A DNA stretch of 60,348 nt from Candidatus Goldiibacteriota bacterium (GTDB taxonomy: Bacteria; Oederibacteriota; JAAXVQ01), in contig JAGVPM010000119.1 in the NCBI GenBank assembly GCA_020052235.1, positions 1 through 60,348 of the forward strand, read 5' to 3'. Both the position numbers and the translations under genes were made by a program. The notes under the pieces are model-generated. The model was given only the letters and a program-made list of their open reading frames with translations. It did not search any database and was not told the origin of the DNA. Position 1 is the first letter of the stretch. Every line of letters starts with the position of its first letter. Of the stretch, positions 18,434 through 26,691 are shown piece by piece.

Positions 18434-18594
18434 GGCATGGTGTAAGGGTTTTTAAATCATCGGGTCCGAAGCCCAACATTTTAATCCTATGCCTCTCCAC
18501 AGCACAACTATACACTCACAGTACACACTTCGGTTGGCGGGGGACACATTAATGAGGGCCTGACCCGATGATTTAAAAACCCTTACACCATGCC
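18434..18594 (-). repeat. Long-hairpin element, copy B (perfect 33-bp arms), inverted relative to copy A
   Basis: Arm 18434-18466 pairs perfectly with 18562-18594. The core ends match copy A (11+12 nt and 25 nt identical blocks). It fills the oxidoreductase / flavodiiron intergenic space. Confidence 0.8.
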
Positions 18595-18602
18595 GCCCCA
18601 CC

Positions 18603-19843
18603 CTACTCTTTATACCCCGGAATTTGATTGAAGTCGAAACCATCCTGCAGCAGTTGTGATTCAAATCCCGACACATCCACGCCCCGGTCCATCAAACGTT
18701 TGAATGCAACCGATCCCGTGGTGCGACCGATTTGTATGGAACCGGCCACTTTATTTTCACGTAAAAACAATTTGGCCCAATACCCGGAATCGCGCCGGAT
18801 TAATACTTGCGCCTGTGGCGCCCGGATATCTCCCTGGGAACACAACTCCACACCCGCTACTTTCAACGTGGTGGAGGGAACCTGCCCCGGATAACGGGCA
18901 TCTCCTCCGGCAGCATTAATCCCGGCCACACGCCCCATGGCCTGGCTGGCCGACCACAATCCCGCTATGGTTCCCCGCCACTCCGCCACATCTCCGGCTG
19001 CATAGACATCGGGTAGGTTGGTATGCATGCGGTCATCTACCAAAATACCCTTATTCACCAAAATCTCCGTGCCCGTTACCAAATCCAGGCGCGGACTGAT
19101 ACCTGCCGAAAGAATCGCGAGATCAACCTCCAATACGGCTTGGCTGCCCAGCCGCAAGCAAACCCGTTCGCCCCGCGCTTCCATATTCGCTACCGTAGTT
19201 CCGGTGTAGAATTCAAATCCCAGGGGAATTAATTTTTCCTGCAGCAGCGCCGAGCCCTCCTCGTCCACTTGGCGCGGCAAAAGCCAGGGCGCGGCTTCAA
19301 CAACCACCACCCGCAAACCCAAACGCGTAAGCGCATACCCGGCTTCCAGGCCCAGCAATCCGCCGCCCACCAAGGCTGCCATTTTCTTTCCATTCGCGTA
19401 TCCCCGGATGTTCATGGCATCCTGCACGGTACGCAGCACATACACCCGTTCCAAAGGCAGGCAATGGGCGGTTGAACAGGCAGCGCTCCGGTGGCTATGA
19501 CCAGTTTGGTATAAAAAATAATTTCTCCGTTGGGTAATTCCAGCCTATGCCCGGCAGTATCCAATTTTACCGCATTTTGGCACAAAGACAATTTCATGCC
19601 CCGGCCGGCATACCATTCGTCGGGATGCAACCGGATAGCTTCGGGCGCCACTTTTCCCGAAACCACTTCCGGCAAACGCGGCCGCGAGTAACACGACAGC
19701 TCTTCCCCGGAGATGATGGTAATGGGCGTATGCGCATCCTGCTCGCGAAACGCATTGGCCGCGGCCGCACCGGCAGGGCCGTGGCCAATAACCACCACTC
19801 CCGGTCCGCTGCTCACCTTAATAATTCTCCGCGAAAAGCTCAA
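18603..19843 (-). pseudogene. NAD(P)H/FAD-dependent oxidoreductase (NADH:rubredoxin-oxidoreductase-like) split by a 1-nt frameshift
   Basis: The N-terminal ORF has VVVIGHGPAGAAAA..ATGALPVQPPIA. The other frame continues ..LPLERVYVLRTVQDA..LVGGGLLGLE. The junction near 19445-19470 restores a normal PPIxGL..V..LRT motif if one base is added. Confidence 0.7.
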
Positions 19844-20396
19844 AATATTTTTGGGGATGCCGGCACGCCGGACACGAGGCCGGAGCTTCCGGCCCCTCGT
19901 GAATCAAGCCGCAATTGCGGCATTTCCACTTAACCGCACCGTTTTTTTTAAACACCAAGCCTTTTTCAATATTATCCGCCAACTTGAGATAACGGGCTTC
20001 GTGGGCATTTTCAACTTTGGAAATGTTTTCAAACGCTTCGGCCACTTCCGGGAAACCCTCTTCCCTGGCAATTTTAGCCGCGCCCGGATACAACTTGGTC
20101 CACTCTTCATGTTCCCCGGCTGCCGCAGCTTTCAAGTTGTTGATCGTGTCGGCAATGATTCCCGCAGGGTATGTGGCCTGAATTTCTACCATCCCGCCCT
20201 CTAAAAATTTAAAATAACGTTTGGCATGTTCTTTTTCATTTTCGGCGGTTTCTTTAAACAATTCCGCAATTTGCAAGTATCCTTCCTTTTCCGCCGCACC
20301 GGCGAAATACGCATAGCGATTGCGCGCCTGGGATTCTCCTGCAAATGCAGCCAACAAATTTTTCTCGGTTTTTGTGCCTTTGATGCTTTTGCTCAT
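19818..20396 (-). CDS. rbr: Rubrerythrin
   Basis: GESQARNRY..EKEHA ferritin-like di-iron motifs plus a C-terminal CRNCG..CPAC rubredoxin-like centre. Confidence 0.95.
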   Translation of the reverse strand: MSKSIKGTKTEKNLLAAFAGESQARNRYAYFAGAAEKEGYLQIAELFKETAENEKEHAKRYFKFLEGGMVEIQATYPAGIIADTINNLKAAAAGEHEEWTKLYPGAAKIAREEGFPEVAEAFENISKVENAHEARYLKLADNIEKGLVFKKNGAVKWKCRNCGLIHEGPEAPASCPACRHPQKYFELFAENY

Positions 20397-20461
20397 GTGT
20401 TATCCTCCTTGAATTTCACGGCTACACCGCCATGCTCAAACTTCTTTATAAATGATTCTTG

Positions 20462-20489
20462 ATAATATACTGCCGGTTATTTTTGTCAA
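20462..20489 (-). promoter_or_regulatory. Sigma-70-type promoter for rbr (TTGACA-16 nt-TATTAT) bracketed by a 7-bp inverted repeat
   Basis: On the minus strand the -35 TTGACA is at 20484-20489 and the -10 TATTAT at 20462-20467. ctgccgg (20470-20476) and ccggcag (20501-20507) flank the -35. An AT-rich Fur/PerR-like half-site AATCATT overlaps the region just downstream of the -10. Confidence 0.5.
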
Positions 20490-20513
20490 ATATATTTTCT
20501 CCGGCAGATTTCC

Positions 20514-20548
20514 AAAAAAAAACCGGAGCCTTAAAAACAAGGCCCCGG
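20514..20548 (-). terminator. Rho-independent terminator downstream of hsp20
   Basis: On the minus strand: ccggggcc-ttgtttttaa-ggctccgg followed by T9. Confidence 0.75.
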
Positions 20549-20567
20549 CTTCTGAATCAGACAGAAG

Positions 20568-21011
20568 TTATTTAATTTCAATTTCCCGCGGCTTGCTGCT
20601 TTCAGCCTTGGGTACGGACAAGGTTAAAACCCCATCGCGGTATTCCGCATGCACCTTTTCACCGTCAATCGGCGCCGGTAATTTAAAACTCCGGCTAAAC
20701 ATTCCGTATGCGCGCTCGCTGCGGTGGACGTTTTCATCTTTCGTTTCTTTTTCAAATTTCTTTTCTCCCGAAATGGTAAGAACATCCTCGTTCAGAGTCA
20801 CCTTAACATCTTCTTTGACAACACCCGGCAATTCCGCCCTCACGGTATAAGCTTCTTTATTCTCAGTCAAGTCGACATCCGGAGCCCAGGTCACCCCGGC
20901 CTTTTCCTCAGCCGCCTGCCTGGTGGTCACACAAAAATCATCGAACAAATTCTCCAGCTCTTTGTTCATGGTTACCAAACCCCGATAAGGACTCCATCGT
21001 ATCATGCTCAT
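20568..21011 (-). CDS. Small heat-shock protein (Hsp20/alpha-crystallin family)
   Basis: Alpha-crystallin-domain pattern AELPGVVKEDVKVTL..LTISGEKK..ERAYGMFSRSFKLP..V.AEYRDGVLTLSVPK. The SD gagggag abuts the first ATG (21020), so the ATG at 21011 is the likelier start. Confidence 0.9.
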   Translation of the reverse strand: MSMIRWSPYRGLVTMNKELENLFDDFCVTTRQAAEEKAGVTWAPDVDLTENKEAYTVRAELPGVVKEDVKVTLNEDVLTISGEKKFEKETKDENVHRSERAYGMFSRSFKLPAPIDGEKVHAEYRDGVLTLSVPKAESSKPREIEIK

Positions 21012-21062
21012 AATCACCATCTCCCTCTAAAAGATTGTGGATTTTAAAATCCGTATCTTTAT

Positions 21063-21082
21063 ATATGCAGGGATCATGCCAA
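21063..21082 (-). promoter_or_regulatory. Candidate sigma-54 (-24/-12) promoter upstream of hsp20
   Basis: The minus strand reads TGGCATGATCCCTGCA, with GG and GC at the canonical spacing of TGGCAC-N5-TTGCA. It lies about 45-55 nt upstream of the hsp20 start. A sigma-54 activator is encoded in the window. Confidence 0.5.
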
Positions 21083-21244
21083 CCGGTTAAATATAAAATC
21101 TCAAAAAACGGCTTAAAAAATCATTAAATTTTAAGGTTTTTATTTTGAATGCTGCGTGCGGTGGGGATAAATTAAAAAATCAGTTCCGATAGTGTTGCAA
21201 CTCAAAACAGTCAAGTGTTTCATTTTGCCCAACTCTGAAACACT

Positions 21245-22102
21245 CTACAGTTCAAACTGCCAGCCTTCGCGGGCCAAACAGGTTTTGTGGAAAATTTTCT
21301 TGGCAGGCGCCAAAACTTGTTTTTCTAAAAATGAATCAGAATGCATTTGATCGTGATGGCACAAATGCAGGCGTTTAACGCCGGCGGCTTTGGCCAATTC
21401 AACGGCATTTTTCCAAGTGCTGTGCCCCCAGCCTTTGCGGCCCTTGGCATATTCTTCCGGCGTATACTGGGCGTCGTAAATGAGCACTTCCGCGCCTTGG
21501 GCATGCTTGAGCAAAATAGGATCAATCCCTTCGTTTAAATGCTCAACATCCGTCGCAAAGACCACACTCTTGCCGCCTTGGGTGAATTTATAAGTCAGTC
21601 CTCCGGCCGGATGATTCATACGGCAAGTGGACACCTGGACATCCTGTATATGCACGGTCTGATCCGGCTCCAGGGTTTCAAAAACATGCTGACTCGGCAT
21701 TTTGGCAAACTCAACCGGGAATGTAATGAACTCCTGCTGCCGCACCAAAATATCATGCGTCTGCGCCGGACCATAATGTTTGAATTTATTGCCGGGAATA
21801 AAATTGGGCACGAAGAAAGGGAATCCCATCAAGTGGTCCCAATGAAAATGCGTCCAAAAAAAAGTTGCTTGGCCTTTACCCTGGGCAAATTCTTTTTTCA
21901 TCAGGTCCAAACCCAACAATCTTAACCCTGAACCGCCGTCCACGATAAATTGATGTTCTTTAACCACCAGTGAAAGACACGTGGTATTGCCGCCGTACTT
22001 GATGGTGGTTTTTCCGGGCGTGGGCAATGAACCGCGGGCGCCGAAGTATTGAATCTGCAAGGGAATCCCTCCCCGTCGTGACGTTGAAACCAGCTGAACC
22101 AA
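21245..22102 (-). CDS. MBL-fold metallo-hydrolase
   Basis: THFHWDH metal-binding motif and N-terminal YFGARGSLPTPG. The exact start is uncertain. Confidence 0.8.
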   Translation of the reverse strand: MVQLVSTSRRGGIPLQIQYFGARGSLPTPGKTTIKYGGNTTCLSLVVKEHQFIVDGGSGLRLLGLDLMKKEFAQGKGQATFFWTHFHWDHLMGFPFFVPNFIPGNKFKHYGPAQTHDILVRQQEFITFPVEFAKMPSQHVFETLEPDQTVHIQDVQVSTCRMNHPAGGLTYKFTQGGKSVVFATDVEHLNEGIDPILLKHAQGAEVLIYDAQYTPEEYAKGRKGWGHSTWKNAVELAKAAGVKRLHLCHHDQMHSDSFLEKQVLAPAKKIFHKTCLAREGWQFEL

Positions 22103-22190
22103 TAAGGTCTTGTTAGTATACCCTCAAGCCCCCAAATCGCGCAATGTTAAAACTTAAGTCCATTTCATTTCTTTGGGCTTTTCTTTTCAC

Positions 22191-22409
22191 TCACACTGAT
22201 TCAACCCGGACCACGCCGGGCACCATTTGTTTCAACCGTACTTCCACACCTTGTTTCAAGGTCATCGTGGCCATGGGGCAAGAGCCGCAAGCGCCGCGCA
22301 AACGGACTTTGACCACTCCGTTTTCCACGCCCACCAGTTCAATATCACCGCCATCAGCCTGTAAAGCCGGCCGGATGGTGTCCAAAGCTTTTTCAATCTC
22401 CGCGTTCAT
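22191..22409 (-). CDS. NifU C-terminal-domain-like Fe-S cluster assembly protein
   Basis: 72 aa with IRPALQADGGDIELV and GACGSCPMATMTLK. Confidence 0.9.
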   Translation of the reverse strand: MNAEIEKALDTIRPALQADGGDIELVGVENGVVKVRLRGACGSCPMATMTLKQGVEVRLKQMVPGVVRVESV

Positions 22410-22441
22410 AAAAACCTCCTAATTCCCCATGGGGATATTAT

Positions 22442-22834
22442 TCATTCACTGACACGTATCCGGTATTCCACCATCACTGCGTTTTCCAATGCGCGTGGTG
22501 CAACCTGCAAATTCAACCGGTATTCGCCGCCGTGCGGAAGATATAAATCCGCCCGGAAATCCTTTCCCGCGCCGGGCTCCAGCTTCACCGGCGTCCGGGT
22601 TTGGCCTTCCGGATCCACCACCACCATTCGGACATCCGCCTGGGTGATAATGCGATAATCCCGGTCCTGAATTCTCAAAGCCACGCGTGCATCGCCGGCA
22701 TGCAGCGTCCGCGGCATCGTGTACAGGGTGAACAAATATCCCGCAACACGCTGCGTTTGGTCATGCACGCCGCAGGCCATACACCCCAGCCAAAATCCCG
22801 CCACTAAGCCGTATCCCAACCAACGATGCCGCAT
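22442..22834 (-). CDS. Hypothetical membrane-anchored or lipoprotein-like protein (FixH/YtkA-like beta-sandwich possible)
   Basis: N-terminal hydrophobic segment ending in GCMAC. No confident family. Confidence 0.55.
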   Translation of the reverse strand: MRHRWLGYGLVAGFWLGCMACGVHDQTQRVAGYLFTLYTMPRTLHAGDARVALRIQDRDYRIITQADVRMVVVDPEGQTRTPVKLEPGAGKDFRADLYLPHGGEYRLNLQVAPRALENAVMVEYRIRVSE

Positions 22835-22837
22835 GGT

Positions 22838-23467
22838 TCACCGCGCCCGTGAAATAACAAACAAGCCTTCATCCGCCCGCCAATTGGCGCCCCAATGGAT
22901 CAGACGGGTCCCGGCCGGGTACGAACCAGCCAAATCCAATTCATTTAAAACCTTAATGCTGCGTGCCCGGCAAAAATCAACAAAATCTCGAATGGTCAAT
23001 AAATGAATATTCGGCGTATTAAACCAATAAAACGGCAGTTTGTCGGTATGGGGCATGTTGCCCTGAACCAGCAACTGCCAACGAACCTTCCAGTGGCCGA
23101 AATTCGGGAATGAAACAATGGCTTTCTTACCCACGCGCAACATCTCCTCAACCACAAAATCGGGACGGCGGATCACTTGCAGGGTATGATTTAAGATCAC
23201 ATAATCATACGACGCATCTCCGTAATCGCTCAAGCCTTCGTCCAAATCGCCTTGAAAAACCGAGAGTCCCTTATGGATGCATTCGATGACCGCGTCTTCG
23301 TCAATTTCCACGCCCATGCCGTGGATATGCCTTTCCCGAGTAAGCCGTTCAAGCAATTCGCCGTGCCCGCAGCCCAAATCCAATACACGGCTCCCCTCAG
23401 AGATCAGCGGAGCGATGCGGTCGTAATCAGAGACCAAAATATTTTCATGCAGCCGGTTATTCAGCAT
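22838..23467 (-). CDS. metW: Methionine biosynthesis protein MetW
   Basis: VLDLGCGHGELL methyltransferase-like motif and NFGHW..R..L..G.MP, typical of MetW. Overlaps the metX stop. Confidence 0.9.
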   Translation of the reverse strand: MLNNRLHENILVSDYDRIAPLISEGSRVLDLGCGHGELLERLTRERHIHGMGVEIDEDAVIECIHKGLSVFQGDLDEGLSDYGDASYDYVILNHTLQVIRRPDFVVEEMLRVGKKAIVSFPNFGHWKVRWQLLVQGNMPHTDKLPFYWFNTPNIHLLTIRDFVDFCRARSIKVLNELDLAGSYPAGTRLIHWGANWRADEGLFVISRAR

Positions 23468-24644
23468 GATCCATCACCGATTCATATAAGTTATCCAAAA
23501 AACTGTCCATCACCCGCGTCAAGGTCTGCGTTTCCAACAAAAACGCATCGTGCCCGTAGGAGGATTTAATTTCTATATACGAGACATCCTTGTTGTTTTG
23601 ACGCAGGGCTTTGACCAATTCCCGTGATTGGTTCGACGGAAACAACCAGTCCGAGGTAAATGAAACCACCAACGTTTTGGCCAAAATCCGCCGGCACGCT
23701 TTTTCCAGTGAACCTTCTCCCCAATCGGCGGCCGCATTAAAATAATCCATGGCCTTGGTAATGTATAAATATGTATTCGCGTCGAAACGCTTTACAAACC
23801 GCGACCCTTGCGCGTGCAGATAGCTCTCCACTTCAAATTCCCGCGTGAACAAATAACTGTACTCGGCCTGATTTTGCAAACGGCGGCCAAATTTCTGGTT
23901 CATGGACTCTTCCGACAGGAACGTGATATGGCCTATCATCCTGGCAATGGCCAGACCTGTCTCGGGGCGCTTGTCCGATTGATAATAATCCCCGTTTTGC
24001 CAATTCGGATCGGAAATAATGGCATGGCGTCCAACTTCATTGAAACCGATGGACTGGGGCGACAAACGGGAAGTGGAGGCAATGATCATGGCCGAACGCA
24101 CGCTTTCCGGATATCGCAAAATCCATTCCAAAACCTGCATACCCCCCATGGAACCGCCTGCCATGGAAAACAGTTGCGTAATGCCCATTTTTTCCAGAAC
24201 CAATTTCTGAACTTTCACCATATCCGCGATGGTCACCATCGGGAACGTCAAGCCGTACGGTTTGCCTGTGGCGGGATTAATGGACGAGGGTCCGGTCGTG
24301 CCCTTGCATCCGCCGATCACGTTCATGCAAATGACATAATACCGGTTGGTATCAAACGCCTTCCCCGGACCCACCATAATGTCCCACCAGCCCGGTTTGG
24401 CATCATCCGGATGATGCCGCCCCGCCACATGGGCGTCACCGGTCCAGGCATGCTGGATTAAAATTGTGTTGTCGCGTTTGGCCGAGAGCGCACCGTAAGT
24501 CTCATACGCCACGGTAATGGGGCCTAAACTGCGTCCGCACTCCAATTGAAGCACATCCGGCGGATGGGCCACCGTGATGGTTTGCGTAGAGACAATGCCT
24601 ACGGAACCCGGTGTCTCGTTGCCTGCCTTTTTCTCGTCCGCCAT
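23457..24644 (-). CDS. metX: Homoserine O-acetyltransferase MetX
   Basis: AWTGDAHVAG, GGSMGGMQ nucleophile elbow, and the SDWLFP..GHDAFL C-terminal motifs. Confidence 0.95.
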   Translation of the reverse strand: MADEKKAGNETPGSVGIVSTQTITVAHPPDVLQLECGRSLGPITVAYETYGALSAKRDNTILIQHAWTGDAHVAGRHHPDDAKPGWWDIMVGPGKAFDTNRYYVICMNVIGGCKGTTGPSSINPATGKPYGLTFPMVTIADMVKVQKLVLEKMGITQLFSMAGGSMGGMQVLEWILRYPESVRSAMIIASTSRLSPQSIGFNEVGRHAIISDPNWQNGDYYQSDKRPETGLAIARMIGHITFLSEESMNQKFGRRLQNQAEYSYLFTREFEVESYLHAQGSRFVKRFDANTYLYITKAMDYFNAAADWGEGSLEKACRRILAKTLVVSFTSDWLFPSNQSRELVKALRQNNKDVSYIEIKSSYGHDAFLLETQTLTRVMDSFLDNLYESVMDHAE

Positions 24645-24700
24645 AACGCTCCACTCCCTTTGCGTTCAAATTCCCGCCTGCGGCACCAAACGAAGGGTAT

Positions 24701-24868
24701 AAAAAAAGCCTCTTCGGCCAGCGAAGAGGCTTGATGAACTTGCATACTCAACCTCTCCTTATCTTCCAGCCTATGCTGCAGAAATTGGCACCAGTGATTT
24801 TTACTTGGGGTAAAAACCGGTTGCCGTGGCGTCAAAGGGTCTGTCCCTCAGCCACTCTGGATAAGGAA
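24701..24868 (-). promoter_or_regulatory. SAM-I (S-box) riboswitch with an intrinsic terminator, leader of metX-metW
   Basis: The minus strand reads CUUAUCCAGAGUGGCUGAGGGACAGACCCUUUGACGCCACGGCAACC...GGUGCCAAUUUCUGCAG...GAAGAUAAGG, with P1 formed by 24860-24866 and 24757-24763. The terminator hairpin gcctcttcg..cgaagaggc (24708-24730) plus a U-run (24701-24707) follows. Confidence 0.85.
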
Positions 24869-24965
24869 AATACACCGTTAAAATTTCAACGGCCTAACGT
24901 AAGAAAGCATATCAAATGCCTCTGAGGTTGGCAACTCTTTTTTAAAAAGGAGGCATGAAGAAAAT

Positions 24966-25568
24966 TTAATTGACCGAAACATGCAAATTAAGCGTCTCTT
25001 CCAAACACCTTTTTTTATGCCAGCGGGGTTTGAAGCCCGCTAAAGGCCACCATGATTGATCCATGGACCCTTCCATTCCCAAATTATTAAAAGGATAAGA
25101 AAAATAGCGGATTTTCCCGTGAACCGGCGCCAGCTTCGTTGCCCAGGCTTCAATGGTTTCCGAATATACCAAAATCCGGTGCGCAGCTTGCAGGCATGCC
25201 CAGGATATGCACCTCCGCCCCCAGCGCTTCCACCCTGATTCGGCAGGTTGATAAATTTCATACAGGGACACAATGATGCGGTGCTTGCGAAACCAACCGG
25301 CTAAAAAAACCGCCAAGCCGGCCTTGGCGCACAATCCAAAATCAACCAGCACCACCGAGGGCGGCGCCAATAACAATTTCATAAAGTAAACCGCGTTGGC
25401 CAACAGTGGATGGTGTTGCGTCCAGGCCGGCAAGCGGTCGTCATAACACACTTGCACCGGAACATGCCGGTCATCCAAAAAAAACAGCATATCCAAATAA
25501 AGCTGTTGATCTTCACTTTTTGGATCTCCGGATTTTGCTAAAAAAGCCACATAATGATTAGCCACCAC
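24966..25568 (-). CDS. Hypothetical protein (weak resemblance to the N-terminal Rossmann half of a GT-B glycosyltransferase; possibly a remnant)
   Basis: 200-aa ORF with a non-ATG start in the track and no confident motif. Confidence 0.4.
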   Translation of the reverse strand: MVANHYVAFLAKSGDPKSEDQQLYLDMLFFLDDRHVPVQVCYDDRLPAWTQHHPLLANAVYFMKLLLAPPSVVLVDFGLCAKAGLAVFLAGWFRKHRIIVSLYEIYQPAESGWKRWGRRCISWACLQAAHRILVYSETIEAWATKLAPVHGKIRYFSYPFNNLGMEGSMDQSWWPLAGFKPRWHKKRCLEETLNLHVSVN

Positions 25569-25632
25569 GATAAATCACCGCCTGTTTATTCCCCCCAAAC
25601 TTACTATCGTCATTTTATTATTTTACTTAAAC

Positions 25633-25677
25633 CCGTTCGTTGAGCCTGTCGAAACGAACGGCGCACGGCCATGTGCG
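25633..25677. repeat. Tandem REP-like hairpins in the rhomboid upstream region
   Basis: ccgttcgtt-11 nt-aacgaacgg (25633-25661) is followed directly by cgcac-ggccat-gtgcg (25662-25677). Confidence 0.35.
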
Positions 25678-25815
25678 ACCCTTCGGCAAGCTCAGGGTCC
25701 GGGTGCTTGGTTACCCGCCACCTTGCGCATAAGGGCTTGAACCAGGCACATAAGTGGAGTATGATGTGCGCCTATTACATAACCCCAGTGAAATTCACAG
25801 AAAACAACTCAAGGA

Positions 25816-26691
25816 GTGCGTGCAATGCCTTCATATTATAATCAGTCCCGGCCCAACCCCGCCTATACTCAAACTACGTTTGGCCGCCCTTGGACACCGG
25901 CAATAAAATGGCTGATACTGTCCAATGTCGCCGTGTTTCTGGCACAGTGGATCTTCGCCAACACGGGCTGGTCCGTGCTTTGCAGTTTGCAATTGCCCGA
26001 ATTATTCACCGAGGGGCGCTATTGGCAACCTTTGACTTATTTGTTTCTGCATGCGGGTTTTTGGCATCTTTTTTTCAATATGTTTACCCTCTGGATGTTT
26101 GGCTGCGAGGTCGAGAGTGTTTTGGGCACTCCCAAATTTGTGTTTTATTATTTACTCACCGGGGTCGGAGCCGGATGGTGCGTGGCGGGATTGGGCCAAT
26201 GGTTTCACGAACACAGCCTTACCGTAGGGGCCTCCGGCGCCATTTTTGGAATCCTCATGGCTTATGGCCTGCTCTTTGCCGAGCGCTCTTTGACTTTATT
26301 AATTTTCTTTATTTTTCCGGTGCAAATGAAAGCCAAGACCATGGTCTGGTTTTTCGCAGCCATGGAATTCGTTGCCGGCGTGGGCAATGTATTCGGACAA
26401 GTATCGCACTTGGCGCATTTAAGCGGTTTGCTGGTAGGCTTTCTCTTTTTTCTGGTCACGCGCCCCGAACTGACTCCAAGTTTAAATCCGTGGAAGGAAT
26501 TCAAAATCCGGCAATTACGTAAAAAAGTCAAGACCATCACGCCGCGTGAAAACCCGGAATTGTATGTCGACGAAATTTTGGAAAAAATTTCCAAGCAAGG
26601 GATCGGCTCATTAACCGCACACGAGCGCCAAATTATGGCTGAAGCCGCACGCAGGCGCCGGGAAAATAACATCCGGCCCGGGAACAATTAA
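25816..26691 (+). CDS. Rhomboid-family intramembrane serine protease
   Basis: FLHAGFWHLFFNM and GASGAIFG catalytic-Ser motif, then AHLSG (catalytic His); multiple TM helices. Confidence 0.9.
   Translation: MRAMPSYYNQSRPNPAYTQTTFGRPWTPAIKWLILSNVAVFLAQWIFANTGWSVLCSLQLPELFTEGRYWQPLTYLFLHAGFWHLFFNMFTLWMFGCEVESVLGTPKFVFYYLLTGVGAGWCVAGLGQWFHEHSLTVGASGAIFGILMAYGLLFAERSLTLLIFFIFPVQMKAKTMVWFFAAMEFVAGVGNVFGQVSHLAHLSGLLVGFLFFLVTRPELTPSLNPWKEFKIRQLRKKVKTITPRENPELYVDEILEKISKQGIGSLTAHERQIMAEAARRRRENNIRPGNN

Noticed and set aside
25662-25775. A possible small structured RNA (closing stem GGCGCAC/GUGCGCC) upstream of the rhomboid gene.
   Set aside because: There is only one copy, no recognisable family, and the hairpins resemble the REP-type palindromes abundant in this window. 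The evidence is insufficient to call an ncRNA.
25890-26522. 210-aa alternative-frame ORF inside the rhomboid gene, and the similar 58642-59478 antisense to ilvC, 23808-24461 antisense to metX and 52280-52933 antisense to asd.
   Set aside because: The overlapping frames carry unmistakable family motifs. These alternative ORFs are Arg/His/Gly-rich shadows.
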